From: Ascoidea asiatica JCM 7603
Lineage: Eukaryota; Fungi; Ascomycota
Direction of reading: 5' to 3'
Assembly (NCBI GenBank): GCA_001600695.1
Contig: BCKQ01000011.1
Coordinates: 431,092 to 491,720, forward strand
Length of the DNA stretch: 60,629 bases
The notes beneath the pieces were generated by a model, which was not told where the DNA came from, searched no databases, and was given only the letters and a program-made list of their open reading frames with translations. Shown in pieces: positions 1 through 14,435 of this stretch. The position numbers and the translations under genes are program-made. Numbering within the stretch: the first letter of the stretch is position 1; every line of letters starts with the position of its first letter.

Positions 1-38
1 ATATAAATATAAATATAAATATAAATATTAGATTAGAG

Positions 39-1337
39 ATGGTTGAAGAAGATAAGAAAGAAGAGAGAAGAGAAGAAATAAGAGAAGTAAAGAAAACTGG
101 AGTTAAAAGAGTTTTAAAAGAAAATGAGAAATTAGAAAATATTGAAGTAAATGAAATAAAAAAAGAAGAACGTAAATTTAAAAGACCAAAAAGAAGAAAG
201 AATATAATTGAACAAAATCGAGAAGCAGAATTAGTACGTAAAAAAGAAGAAGAATTTGAAAAAAAAGAAATTGAGATTGTTAAAAGGAATAATGTAATTA
301 ATAATACAAAAATTTTAATTCAAAATCATTATAATTCAATAACAAAAAAAAGTAAGAATATTAATAGAGAAAATTTAAGAACATATAAATTAAGAATATT
401 TAATAATGTTATAAAATTAATGTTATTTAAAAAATTTATTGATAAAGGTGATAAAATTTTAGATATTGGATGTGGTAAAGGTGGAGATTTAAATAAATAT
501 TTAAATTGTGAAATTAAAGAATTAATTGGAATTGATTTAAGTGAAATTAGTATAAAAGAATGTACAAATAGGTATAAAAATTTAGGAAATTTTAATAAAA
601 ATAAATTAATTAAAAAATTTGATGGTACATTTTTAACAGGAGATCCATTTAATTTTACAATTTTTGAAATTTTTAAAAATGTAATAAAAGAAGAAAATTT
701 AATAAAATTATTAATTGAAAGAAATTTTCCAGTTGATTTAATTTCAATGCAATTTTGTTTACATTATTCTTTTGAAAATAATAAAATGATTAATAAAATG
801 TTTGAAAATGTTTCAAAATCTTTAAAAAAAAATGGATATTTTATTGGTACAATACCATCATCAGATTTTATTATTGAAGAAATTGAAAAAAAATATGGTG
901 GAACTAATAATTTTAATAATGAAAAATATGGTGAAAAAGATTTTAAATTTGGTAATTCAATTTATTCAGTAACTATACCAAAAGAATATTTACCAAAAAA
1001 AATTAAAAATATAAATAATAATAAAATTGAATTTGAATTTGAAAAATATTGGGGAAATTTATATTATTATTATTTAAAAGATTCAGTTGAAAATGCACCA
1101 GAATTTGTTGTACCATTTGAAGAATTTAGATCAATTGCTCAAGAATATAAATTAGAATTAAGATATAAAAAAAAATTTAGTAAAATTTTTTTAGAAGAAA
1201 TTCCAGAAATTTTTTCCGAATTAGGTTTTAAACAAAAAAAAGCTTTAAAAAAAGAAGATAATACATATGGTATAGATGGTGAAGAAGGTGAAGCTGCTGC
1301 ATTTTATATAGCTTTTGCTTTTGAAAAAGTTGGTTAA
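39..1337 (+). CDS. ABD1: mRNA cap guanine-N7 methyltransferase
   Basis: SAM motif ILDIGCGKGGDLNKY, plus HYN...R, LRIFNN.IK, SMQFCLHYSFE, GYFIGTIPSS, FGNSIYSV and PEFVVPF blocks typical of Abd1/RNMT. Confidence 0.96.
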   Translation: MVEEDKKEERREEIREVKKTGVKRVLKENEKLENIEVNEIKKEERKFKRPKRRKNIIEQNREAELVRKKEEEFEKKEIEIVKRNNVINNTKILIQNHYNSITKKSKNINRENLRTYKLRIFNNVIKLMLFKKFIDKGDKILDIGCGKGGDLNKYLNCEIKELIGIDLSEISIKECTNRYKNLGNFNKNKLIKKFDGTFLTGDPFNFTIFEIFKNVIKEENLIKLLIERNFPVDLISMQFCLHYSFENNKMINKMFENVSKSLKKNGYFIGTIPSSDFIIEEIEKKYGGTNNFNNEKYGEKDFKFGNSIYSVTIPKEYLPKKIKNINNNKIEFEFEKYWGNLYYYYLKDSVENAPEFVVPFEEFRSIAQEYKLELRYKKKFSKIFLEEIPEIFSELGFKQKKALKKEDNTYGIDGEEGEAAAFYIAFAFEKVG

Positions 1338-1439
1338 TGTTAATAAAATAAGTTTTATTATTAATTAATTGTATAATAATATTATAATATTATAATATTA
1401 TAGTATTATTTTATCGATATACTATTTACTAAAAGGTCT

Positions 1440-2110
1440 AGATTCAAAGTCTATTTTAACAGCAGTACATCCGAGGGTGCATCCCAGGGTACTTTCGAGG
1501 GTATTGAATGGAATATACTTAAAGGACAGACAATGTCCCTGATTTCACGGGACCCTGCCCCAGAAGCACGCAACTCACTGTGCCATACCTAAAAATAGGT
1601 TCCAAAACTATTTTAAGCCGTTCCCACACAAATCTTTCGGTTTCTCTGTTCAATTCAATTTTCTTACAATTCTGAGATGAAAGTGAATTGATGAATTGGT
1701 GAATTGAAATAATATTATTATTAATATTATTCATGAACCACGCTCAATCCACGAACCACGAACCACAATCCACGAACCACAAACCACAAACCAGAACTCA
1801 CTTTTTAGATTGAGTTTCGAATCTCAAAGTTGTTGTGAAAGAGAAATTGATAAATTGCCAGTAGTAAATTAGCAAATTGAGAAATGAATAAGAATTGAGT
1901 AAGCGAGAGAAAACGGTGGCAGGAGTCGTGTTTTGCCTTCTTCAGCTCAGTCTGTCTCTGCTTCGCCACAGCCTTCTCTGCTGTTTGCCACCGCAGCGCC
2001 ACATCGAGGAGTCCCGCGCCGCCGTTCTTTTCGTGCGTTTTGCATTCTTTCTGCCATTGCTACTGCCATTGCTACTGGTAGTACTGCTGGTAGTACTGCT
2101 ACTATTGCTA
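1440..2110. promoter_or_regulatory. GC-enriched regulatory island upstream of ZDS1
   Basis: Visibly GC-richer than flanks. Contains a CCACGAA/CCACAAA repeat run (~1735-1795), TTTGCCACC at 1984-1992 (reverse of the Rpn4 PACE element GGTGGCAAA) and CGCG at ~2015. Confidence 0.5.
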
Positions 2111-2970
2111 CCACTGTCACTGCTACTATCACTCTCATTACTATTACCACTAATATTACTTCATAGTTCTTCTTACCATTCTTTATTATATTATCACTGT
2201 TAGCACTGTTATATTGCATTATTACATACATTGCACTATTAGTTACATTATATTACCATTACTATTACTATTATTATATTATATTTATTTGACTGTTCGA
2301 GCCTTTATTCTAGATCTAAATATTCTTTATTCTAAATAATTCAAAAAAAAGGTATATCTTAATCCTATTAATTCTATTAATCTTATTCAAATTATTATTA
2401 TTCTATTCTATTCTATTCTTACTCTTATTTTTCATTCTTTTCATTCAAATTCAAATATATTTTTCACCTATTAATTTCATAATACTTTTTAAAATTTTTA
2501 AAATTTACCATTTCAATTCTCAATTTCTCAATTTTTAAATCAATTAATCAATTTATCAATTAATCAACTAATCAAATATTTATATAAATAATATTCAATA
2601 ATATTAACTATATTATATTCTCAACAACTAATATATCTTAAAGATATTCAATAATTCTTCATTATAATCTGTCATTCAATAAGCCTCAATTTAAATCTTT
2701 GGTATAGTTAAATAAACTAACTAATCAATAAAACTACTTACTTACTTACTTACTTACTTTATTATACTTTATTCACTATTTTTACTTTTCTTCTTTTTTT
2801 TTTTTTTCATCTTTCTTCACTTTATTAAATAATAAATTAATTAATTAATCAACTAACTAACTAATTCAATACAATAAGTAATGATTTTCAATAAAATTAT
2901 TACTAAATAAATTTATTTTATATATATATATTTCTTTAATTAATAATTTTAAAAAATTTAACTCAAAAAA

Positions 2971-3093
2971 ATGAATCTGAATAATATTAATCAAAATATT
3001 AAATATAATAATCCATCTTATAATTTAAATAGAATTAAACAACGTTCAAATTCGGTACCTGTTCCTTCAAATCATAATTTAAACCCTTCTTCA

Positions 3094-3150
<57 letters not shown>

Positions 3151-3962
3151 ACCATTAATAATAATAATAATAATGATAATAATAATAGTCCTAACCAGAA
3201 TTCAAATCAAATTCAATCAAATTATCCTAATCAATCAAATAATAATATAAATTCAAATTTAAATAATAATAATAATACCGCCAATACTAATAATAACTCA
3301 AGATTAAATTCAAATTCAATCTCTTCAAAAAAATATAATTATACAAATATTTCAAATATTTCAAATATAAATAATTATAATATAAGAAATAAAAAAACTA
3401 AAAGTTATAATACTTATTATACAAATATTAATAGAAAAAAAAATTTTAGAAAATCAAATACTGAATTAGCTGCAGAAGCTGTACAACAAGAAAGAGATTT
3501 AGTTAGAAATTTAAAAAGATTAAGTATTGGTCAATCAACTTCAAATGGTTTAGATCCAGATTTATCTCTTGAAAAAGATTTTAATAATATTAATATTAAT
3601 AATTCAAATAATAATATTAATACATCTTCTTCTTCTTCTTCTATTAATAATAATAATAATATTAATAATAATAATAATAATATTAATATTAGTCAAAATC
3701 AAAACTTAAGTCCACAATCTTCTTTAAAGAAAAAAAAAAGAACTTCTCAATTATCTTTCAATGTTCAATTAAATGATACTGAAGAAGAACCAATTTTTGA
3801 AGATTTATCCTTTAATAATAATAATAATAATAAAACTATTAATAAAACTAATAATAACATTAATAATAATATTAATCAAAATGATATTTCTTCAAATTCA
3901 AGTCTTGAAACATTATCAAATAATTCAAAAACAATATCATCATTATCATCATCTTCTTCTTC

Positions 3963-3997
<35 letters not shown>

Positions 3998-4287
3998 CAA
4001 AAGAAAATAATGAAACTATAAATAATGATTCTTCAAAAATTAATTCTACAACTAATAATAAAAAAAAAACTTTAAATAAAGTAATTGATACCTCAAAATT
4101 ACTATGGGTTCCTGCAAGTTCTCATCCTGCTATAGCCCCAGAAAATTTTAAAAAACATGTTCAATCAACTGTAGCAGAAATTACAGCAAACTTATCTTCC
4201 GATAATAACAACAATAACAATAATAGTAACACGAATAACAATAACAATAATAATAGTATAGATTCTTCAATAAATAACAACAACAAC

Positions 4288-4335
<48 letters not shown>

Positions 4336-7300
4336 TCAATATTTAATAATATTAATAATAATGATATTCAAAATGGTAATGATACTTTAATTAATGAAGA
4401 TAGATTATCACTTATTTTTAATTCCGATTCTCAACCTTCTTTAAAACAATTAACTAATGAATTACAAAGATTATCTAAAATTGCAGGTTTAACTGCAACT
4501 GATGCTGCAACTTTAGCAAGAACTCTATCAACTTCAACAATTGGTTATAATAATAATAGCAATAATAATAATAATAATAATAATCAATCTCAAGAAGTGG
4601 ATTCAAATTTAAATAATATTAATAATAATAATAATAATTATAATAATATTAATATTAATAATAATAACAATAATTCAAATATATCTTCAAATTTATCAAA
4701 TGATATAGTTGAAATTAATGATTATAATAATCCAAGTAATTCAACTTCAAATTCAAATTCTTCTTCAAATCATTCTTCAAATGAATCTTCAAGTCAAACA
4801 ACTCCTGAATTACAATCTTCAAAAACTTTTCAATCAAATAATTCATCAAATAATAGAAATAATCTGCTTTCTCATAGTGCAACTCATGCTGCTAAATTAA
4901 TTAATAGAAGAAGTCAATCTTTAAGTTCTCTTGAAAAAAATAATTTTTCTCATTATAATAACAATAATAATAACAATAATAACAATAATCAACAATCTCA
5001 ATATTCAAATCAAGATGATATAATTGAAGAAAATTTAGATGATCCTGTTGTACTTCCTGGGAATGAATCAACTTTAAAAAGAAGTAAATGGACAACTTAT
5101 AGAAAAAATAATAAATCTCCTTCAAGACCAAAAAGAGCAAGTACTGATTTTATTTTAAGTAATGATTTAAATGAAAAATTAAAAAAAGAAAGAGCAAATC
5201 AAGAATTAAAAAGACATCCATTACCTCAACATAGTCAAAATTTAATTCAAAAACATAATCGTCAACCTGGTGATTCAAATTCTTCACAATCTCAAATTCA
5301 AAATTCACCAACATCTATTGATTCAAATAATAAAAATAGAATTCCTTCTGGTCGTACTTCATTAGATGGTCAAACTCAATATATTCAGCAACAAAGAAAT
5401 CAACAACAACAGCAACAACAATCACAACAGTCACAACAACAGCTAAATCATCAAGGCTCAAATAATCAAAATCCTCTTCAACAAGGTTCTCGTAATCATC
5501 AGCGTCATCATTATCGTCATCATGATCAAATGAATCAACCTGTTTCAAGTAATAAAGTAACTCAACAACAAATTCCTATTCAATCTAATCCAAAACTGCC
5601 TCCTCAACAATATAATCAATCAATGAATAAACCTTTACCTCAAATGCAAGAAATTCATCAACAGGTTCAAGAATCTCCAAAAAGAAGATATTATAAATCA
5701 CCACCTTCTCAAGATAGTGCAAGATTTCAATCCATTCAACAACAATTATCTAATTCTAGTTCAAATGATCGTACTTCCCCTCAAAATCAAAATATTACTC
5801 CACAAAAATTACCTTTAAATAGTTATAAAAAGATATTACCTGAAATAAAAGAACAAAAATCTCATACAACATCTAATAATATATCATCATCCTCAAATTC
5901 TTATAAGTCTAATCAAACTACCCCACAATTACAACCACAGGCTGAAATTATTTCAGATAATCAAAACTATAGAAATCAAAATCAGGAAAGACAACAGTAC
6001 TCTGATAGACATTATGATAATTATAGAAATAATCAAAATAATCAAAATTCAGATCATCAGTCCACTCCTCAAATTCAGAAATCACAACCTTCTTTGATGG
6101 CTTCTCCTAAAATTGAACGAGATGCATATCAACATTCTTCTCAAAAGCAACAGCAACAACAATCGAATGTTTCAACACAGAAAAAAACTAATATAGAAAA
6201 CAGACAACCTGATAATTCTGAACTATTTGCTCCAAACAAGGCGAAAATAAAGAAAAGAAAAAATAGTTTAAGTTCATGGCTTAAGGGTAAGACTGAACAG
6301 CAATCTGAAAATATTTCTGAACCTGAAAGCATAATTAGCAGTGAAAGTGGTAGTAGTGCTTCTAACAGTGTTGAACTGAATGGGGATTATGATTCCAACG
6401 AATTACAAGGAAACGCTTCAACAGATAGCTCAAGTCAACCTCTTGATGAAAAAGAAAATAAAAATATATTCAATCATCTTTTCTCGAAAAAGAAATCTTC
6501 TAAAATTCTGAGCTCTCTGTATAAATCCAGTAGTTCTAAAGATAATTATAAATCTTCTTCGAATCAGGAAACTCTTTCTTTTCAAAACTCTAGTAGCTAT
6601 TCATCTACTTCTCCAATTGAGCAAAGAAATCAAACTAACGTTTCTACAAAGGTGTTTAATCAAAAGCAAGAAGAATACAATGCTCAACAAGAAAGACATA
6701 ATGATTATCAACAACAACAGGAAAATCAGCAGCAACAACAACAACAAAAATTTGAGAGCAATAGAAATAATGAAATTAAACAAAACAATGAAATCAAGCA
6801 ATATAATGATGTTCAACCCAACAATGATATCAAACAAAATAATTCTCAAACCTCTTATGATGAAGATACCAGTTACGATCAGTTTGTAAGTAGTAGTTCT
6901 GATGGTGAAAATGGAAAGAAGAAGGAAGTGATAGCTCCTACAAATGGAGGATTGGGAGAAGCTGTACAATTAAAAAGGAAAACAAGTCTTGGTAAAATTG
7001 CTAAGAAACAATCAAAATCAAAGAGAAAAGAGAAAAAAATGAAAGAAACTGAACTTCTTCGAAAGAAAGTTGAAAAAGAAAAACAAATTGCAGAAAATAT
7101 TAATGAAAAGAGTGTAATGGAGGAATCACCAACCAAAACTGATACAACAGATGGTACAGCTCAATTAACTCCAAAATCTGAAGGATTTAAAAGATATAAT
7201 TTGGCAGAATTTGAAACGGATAAAAATGCTAAACCTAATCAAACAGTTTTCAAAACGGATTCTGCTTTTGGATTTCCATTACCACCATTAACTCATTCTA

Positions 7301-7662
7301 GTATTATTATGCTTGAACATAGATTTGCAGTTCATGTTGAAAGAGCTATATATAGACTTGCACATATCAAATTAACTAATCCAAAGAGAGAAATTAGAGA
7401 ACAAGTTTTATTATCTAATTTTATGTATGCATATCTTAATTTGGTCAATTATAGTATTTATTTACAATCTTTAGAAGAAGAAAATGCTAATAATGAAATA
7501 GATGCAAACGAGGAAATGGGAATTGAAAGAAATGAACAAAGTGAATTTCCTGTTAATGATGAAAATTATGAAATGTATTATGAAAATGATAATTCTCAAG
7601 AATCTGGTTATTATGATAATGAACAACAACAACGAGAAAGTTCTCAAAATATTGGTTACTGA
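2971..7662 (+). CDS. ZDS1: Zds1/Zds2-family PP2A(Cdc55) regulator, Asn/Gln-rich
   Basis: C-terminal Zds_C domain RFAVHVERAIYRLAHIKLTNPKREIREQVLLSNFMYAYLNLVN. Also the N-terminal ERDLVRNLKRLSIG...DPDL and LLWVPASSHPAIAPENFK motifs. Confidence 0.93.
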
Positions 7663-8467
7663 ATGGATTATATGAAATAAAAAAAAAGAATTCCGAAACA
7701 TTTTTTTTCAAGCATTTTTATTATTATTTATAATTATTACTTATTATTATTACTATTATTATTTTCATAGATGAAGTGTTGTATTTGCTTTAAATTTAAA
7801 CTTTTTTTTTCATTGAAAATTTGGAATCTTCTTTTATTTAATCTATTTTTTTATTTTTTTTTTCCTTTTTTTTGATTTCCCGTATGGATACTTTTTATCA
7901 TTTTCATTTTTTTTGTCAAGTTTTTTTGTCTTTTTTTTCAATTTTTTTTTGTTTTTTTATTTATTTATTTACTAAAACTTTTATTTTTTGAATTTTGACT
8001 TTTAATTTTTTAATCTTTTAATTTTTAAATCTTTTAATATTTTAATCCTTTTTTCATTTTTTTCATTTTATCATTTTTTTTTGAAAAAAAATAATTGACA
8101 TTTTAACTAAAAATAATTTTAAATGTTAATTCTATGGTTAAATGTTTAATTATTAATTTTCTTTGCATGATTTTTAAATGATTGTTTTCAATATTTCAAA
8201 TTAATATATTTTATTATATTTATTATAATTATACTATGTATGATTTAATTAACTTCATAAGTTGCCAATATATACAATAAATACAATGCATATACAATAT
8301 ATGAATCTATGAATATATATAATATCAATGATTAAGAGAGATTTTATTTGAAATAAATCTTCATTTAAAGGAGATAATGCAAATGATCAACGATATGAGG
8401 TTTATATAAAGTTTTTAAAGTAAAAATTCATGAATGAATGAATAAAAAATTAATGAATTGATTATTA

Positions 8468-9148
8468 TCATTGATTATCCCAATTGAGATTTAATCTACC
8501 ATTTGGAATTTTATAATTTTCAATTGCATCTATAACTTCTTCAACAGTATCAGCAAAAATACAAATATTTTTTTGACTTTCACCAACAAAACCACTTTTA
8601 ACACAAGTTTTTAAAAAAGTTTTCAAACCATTATAAAATCCATTAATATTAAAACAAACTATTGGTTTTGAATGAATACCTAATTGAGACCAAGTTATCA
8701 TTTCCATTAATTCTTCTAAAGTTCCATAACCACCAGGTAAAGCAATAAAAGCATTTGCTTCTTTTGCCATTAATCTTTTTCTTGTATGCATATCTTTTAC
8801 AACTGTTGTTTTACCATAAAGTTCAGTTGTAAATTTTGATATTCTTTCTTTTTCAAATAAAGCTTCAGGTATAATTCCATGAACATAACCATTTTTTTCA
8901 GTTATTGATTTTGCAATTGAACCCATTAAACCAGTATCACCACCACCATAAACTAAACCATAATTTTTCTTAGTTAATGAATGACCTAATTTAATAGTTT
9001 CATCAACAAATATTTGTTCAGAACCATTTTTTGAACCACAAAATACACAAATTATTTTATCTGCAATTGGACAATTACCAATTAATTTTGTTGAAATAAT
9101 TCCTTTATCATTATCATTTAAATAATCATTATCCTTTGAAGTTGTCAT
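8468..9148 (-). CDS. LOG1: LOG-family nucleotide phosphoribohydrolase (YJL055W-like)
   Basis: ICVFCGS, LVYGGGDTGLMG, MHTRKRLM, ALPGGYGTLEEL, WSQLGIHSKP. Confidence 0.95.
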   Translation of the reverse strand: MTTSKDNDYLNDNDKGIISTKLIGNCPIADKIICVFCGSKNGSEQIFVDETIKLGHSLTKKNYGLVYGGGDTGLMGSIAKSITEKNGYVHGIIPEALFEKERISKFTTELYGKTTVVKDMHTRKRLMAKEANAFIALPGGYGTLEELMEMITWSQLGIHSKPIVCFNINGFYNGLKTFLKTCVKSGFVGESQKNICIFADTVEEVIDAIENYKIPNGRLNLNWDNQ

Positions 9149-10319
9149 TTTGAAAAGAAAGTTTTAAAAATGGCCAAGTCCAAGAAAAGAAAGAAAAATA
9201 AAAAAATATAATATTGATTTGTAGAAAAATATAAGAGATAATTGAAGCTATTTATATTAAATTTTTTGGATTAAATTTTTTCACACAAAATAAAAGTTTC
9301 CTTTAAAAGTTTCCATAAGAGAAAAGAGAAAATTATTTTTAGGTTTTTTATCTTTTTTTCACTTCACGTTACTTTTACAAGAGAATTAATGTTTAATGTT
9401 GTTAATATAGTGATAAGTAAAATGAAAGAAAGTGCACTATTTGCATGAACTTTCCCACAATCAAATCAAATTCAGAGATACGAAAAAAGTGATGGGGCCC
9501 TACTTAAGCTGTTTAGATTACTTGAATGAAGTGCAAAACAAAACTAATGGTAAAAAGCTTTATCTCTGGAAAAATGAATATCAAACTAAAGTAGATCCCA
9601 ACTCGAGAAAGTCATTCAACAAACAAGAAAACACAAATTGTCAATTGAAGAAAACTTCAATTGACTGACTTTGCTTTGTAAAATCTCTTTGGAGACAGGC
9701 TCTTTCAAGTCCTTTACTGAATTGATTGAGCTCGCTGCATTTAGTGCACTTATTCGCTTCAGTGCATTTAGTGCACTTCTCCCCAAATGCTCGACGTTCC
9801 AGAAAATGACTGATCAAAAACCCGATGCCTCGGATGCCGCGAGTGAATCACGGATGCGGATTTTTTAATCCGCTAATCAGGTTTTAGATGTTTTTAGTAA
9901 TTTGGTTTCCTAGTAATGGAGTACCCGGTTTTCATTTTCCACCTGAAAAATTTATATATCCGTATACCCTTAAATAGGTAGCCTTACAATTATTTTTAGA
10001 CCCTTAAAGTAATTATAAAGTTACTACTGTATGAATTTCTTAATATTATTTTAATCAGTATTATTATATTATTCAATTACAAGATTATCTACTTTTTTAA
10101 AACTTTCATTAAAAAGAGCCAACTCAGTAAAGCAAATTGATGAAAGTTAAGAAAAAAAACTATTAAAAAAAACACCAATTACAAAAGAATTATAAATTAT
10201 AGCAACAAACAAAATACACAATTAAATACAGAATATGATTAATAAGAACTGTAATTAATTACTTTGACTTTTTTCAAATTAATCTTATATTATCTTAAGC
10301 TATTTTAAATTATCTTATG

Positions 10320-12106
10320 TTATCTTGTACTATCTTTTTTAACTAAATTTTTTAATTTTAAATTTTCAATTTTAAACTCATATAATTTATTTTTAACTGA
10401 GTTTTTCATTTTTTCTTTTTCAAGTTTATGAGAAATTTCTATAAATTTTATTCTATCTTTAAATGTATCAACAACTTGATTTATTTCTTTAATTGTTAAA
10501 TTATAATTATTTTTTAACTCTTGATAATTTTTTTTTAAATTTTCATAATTATCTCTTAAAATTTCATTATCCTTCTTAAAATTATTTATCTCAATTAAAA
10601 GTTCTTCACGACTTTTACTTTCTCCATTATTATTATTTATTCCATTTGAATATTTTGAAAATTTAGAAAATTTTGGAACTAATTCCATTTCTCCATTCAA
10701 ATCTTCTTTTAAATTCGCTTTTAATAATGAATCCATATATTTTAATGAATTTTTTAATCTACCTTCAATATCTGTTTCTTTTTTATCAACAATATAATCA
10801 TCACTATCTAAAAAATTTCTTTCAATTAATGAATAAATAGTATCATGCTCTCTTAAATTATGAATTTTATGTTCTTTAACTATTTCTTTTATTTTATCAT
10901 TTCTTTTTCTTTTATCATCTTCTTTAATTCTATCATTTCTTTTACTCTTTTCTCTTAAATCTTCAATATCCTTTCGTATATTGTTATTATTTTCTTTATT
11001 TCTATCTTTATATTCTTTTTCAAATGAATTTTTATCTTTAATTTTCTCTTTAATTTTCTCTTTGATATTCTTATTCCTACTTTCTTCAAAATTAATTTCT
11101 TTTTCATTACTTTTGCTTATTTTCCTTTCTTTTTTATTGCTTCTATTATATTTCTCATTTTTCTCATTCTTATTATTCATTTTATCTGTACCTTGTTGTC
11201 CAAATGTTGCTTCAATAAATGAATCACTTAGATCTAATCCATCCATTGAATAATCACTACTATTAAAATTATAAATTTCTGATGTTGGCTTTCTAGGTTT
11301 CTTTACTTTCGTGACTGTATTATCTTTGTCATTTTTACTATTTTTATCACTTTTATCACTATTGTTATCTTTACTGACTTCAATTTCATTATTGTCTCTT
11401 GGCTTATTACTATACCCGTAATCATTATAATAATCATCATTGTAATGATTATCATCAAATAAATCATTCTCATATTTTTTTTGTTCTTTTAAAAATTTTT
11501 CTTTTTTAATATCTCGATTTTTTGATTTTAATTCTTTCAAATCTACAGTTTTATTTTTTTTATTTTTTTTACTTCTTTTTAATTTCTTAGAATATTGATC
11601 ATTTTCATTATCACTATTATCGTTATCATCATCATTAATATCGCCAATATTATCAGCAGTATCATCATCAAGATTATCACCATTATTATCCTCATTAGAA
11701 TCATCGTCATTAATGCCATGCACTAATTTTCCTTTATGTTTAGCTTGCTTAAAATTTTCTGAAATATTTGAATGCTTTCTCTTAACCTTCCTTTCTTTAA
11801 CTTTCTCTGATATTGGAAGAATTGGATTTCCTTCAGAATCAAGTTTAAATTTAGATATATTTTTTAAAAATTTATCAGTAACTTTATTTACAAGTTTTTC
11901 AGTTCTTAATTCATTTTCTTTACTTAAAATATTATCAGATCTTTCATTAAACAAAAAATCAATATCGGAATTATTATTAATATAACCCTTATCTTCATCT
12001 TCATTTGACTGTTCTTCATCAAGATTTTCATTAACTTCCTCAAGATTCTTTCTATCAGTTCTTTTACTACCTGAATAACTCTCATTTTCTCTAGAATTTT
12101 GATCAC

Positions 12107-12174
<68 letters not shown>

Positions 12175-14435
12175 TTATTATTATTGTTATTATTGTTATT
12201 ATTATCTTTATCTTTATCATTATCATTATCATTATCATTATCATTATCATTCTTAGTATCAATTATTTTAATATCAATTATTTTAATATCATCGGAGAGA
12301 AGATCATTCAAATCTAAATTTGTTTTGCTTTTTTCTTTAACTTCTGGAATATTTTGATCTTCGATAATTAGCCTATTTCCATTATCTTCCACAATACCGG
12401 TTTGGGCAGTATCTTTTATAACATCAAAATTAGAAGTTGTATATTCATTATGATCGTTAGCTTCTCCATCTGATTCAATATATGTTGTTTCCTCATTTCC
12501 ATATTTATTTAGTTTTTTAGAAGATCTCGTCACTCTTGTTGATGTCAAAGGTTTAGAATATGATTTTCTAGGTGTTCTAGTTATTCTATTCAGTTTCCTA
12601 TTTGAAACCAAAACTAACTCGGTAGAAGTTTCAGTATAATCATTTTTCCAACATTCAATATCTTGAGTAAAATTATCATAATCATCTAAATCAAATTCAG
12701 ATAAATCTTCAACAATAGCTAGGATATAATCTTCAAGATCATAAACATCAACTTGATATAGATCATGACCTGTAGGAAATTTATCGATAATCTTAGTATC
12801 CAATATTCTCTTAGGCTTCTTTTTATCATTATTTTCATGTTGATATAATAAATCAAAATTATAATCTCTAAGAATAAAAAGAGGATTAATTCCATTAAAT
12901 ACAGTTACTGTCTCATCATGTGGATCAGGAAATGAAGATTTTTTTTCAATATTCGTTTTTAAAATTTCTTTATTATCAATAGAATTTGTTTCATCAATTT
13001 CTGATTTCAACTTGCTTGTATTTAGTTTTTTAGTTGAATCACTTGGATCATTGATTTTTAAAAAAGATTCAACTAAAATATTGTGAGATAATTTTTGAGA
13101 ATTCAATAATTCCAAATAATGATTTAAAGAATTTAAATTAAATATTGAAGAATCAGAAAAATTGAATAAAGAATCTGCATTCTCATAATTTACCTCACTT
13201 GAGTTAATTTTATAATGTAACCATTTTAATAAATCTATTAATCTTTTATCCTTTTTAGGTGATACTAAATTTTCATTTAATTTTATACTTGAAATTGCAG
13301 ATGGTTTTGAAAGTTTAGGAATTTTCAGAAATTTTGATTCTAATAATGGGAAATTAATATTATTTATATATAATTGAATTAAAGCTAAAACAAATTTATT
13401 TGAATCAGTTGGTTTATCCATTTTTTTTGGGCATAATTTCATATATGAAATTTTTAATTCACTTGGATCAGTAATACTCGAAGGATCATTTTTATTTAAA
13501 AATAATTTTCTATAAGTTGGATGAAATATAATATATAAAACATTATAACTTGAAATATAATCATATTGATCTCTAATTAAATCCTTATAAGATACTGAGA
13601 ATCTTACCAGCTTATCATCAAAATTCTCTTTATTATTTTTTAAATCATATTTTTCAATTGGATCTGTAATAAAAAATAAAGGTTTCAAATGAGATATATG
13701 ATCTAAAATTTTATACAAATGATTTGGATCCAATATTGAATATTTATCATAAAATAGTAAAGTTACTATAGATAAGAATTTAAAAGATGAATTGAAGATT
13801 GTACTTTTTTTCAAAGATGAATCTGTAGGAATTGAATCATTACTTGGATTTAAATTGAAAAGTTTAACATCAGATATATTTAATATTTGCTGTACAATTT
13901 CATTCTTATCAGAATAAACATGATAATTAAGTTTTATGTATAATCTAACTTGATTCAAAATATTAAATTCATTATTTCTTATCAGTCTCATGAAATGCAT
14001 TGATGATAGATCAGTGAAATTTAAAATGAAAATCAATTTAAATCTTGCACTAATAATTAATATATTCCAAACATGATTCATTTTGAAAAAAAAAATCATA
14101 TCAGAATCCAATAGAGCATCTGACTGAGAAAGTTTAAAATCGTGATGATTCTTGAAATTATGAATTTTAGTGTATAAAGAGGGAATTGTAGTATCCTTTG
14201 ACAATATCACGAATGAATCATATTCATTCCAAATATCAGGATATTTTTCTATATCTACTCTTAAAAGCAATAAAGAAATGTATATTTGTAAAAACTCACC
14301 AGATTGGAGATGATCTGTCTCTTCTATTTCTGTTTCTCCTTCAGACTCTGAGGTGTCTGATTCTTCTGTTTCTGTTTCTGCTTCAGACTTTGAGATGTCT
14401 GATTTATCCTGATCAACCCCCATTTTTACCAACAT
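10320..14435 (-). CDS. Orphan 1371-aa protein (paralog A); N-terminal domain shared with neighbouring ORF, acidic/basic low-complexity middle, C-terminal coiled coil
   Basis: 4.1 kb uninterrupted ORF with ATG at 14433-14435. Similarity blocks to the 14990-20053 protein are visible by eye. Confidence 0.85.

Noticed and set aside
1808-1830. TTGAG-TTTCGAAT-CTCAA hairpin resembling a tRNA T-arm/B-box
   Set aside because: Loop is 8 nt, and no D-arm, anticodon arm or acceptor stem can be built around it.
1805-2231. Four overlapping short ORFs upstream of ZDS1
   Set aside because: By-products of the GC island and (CTA/CTG)n-like repeats; several have non-ATG starts; no family signal.
9432-9868. 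Two short plus-strand ORFs upstream of LOG1
   Set aside because: GTG/TTG starts, located in the LOG1 promoter island, no recognisable motifs.
11924-12317. Poly-Ile ORFs (also at 3773, 29150, 30326 and similar)
   Set aside because: Alternate-frame or antisense readings of (AAT)n/(GAT)n tracts within real genes.
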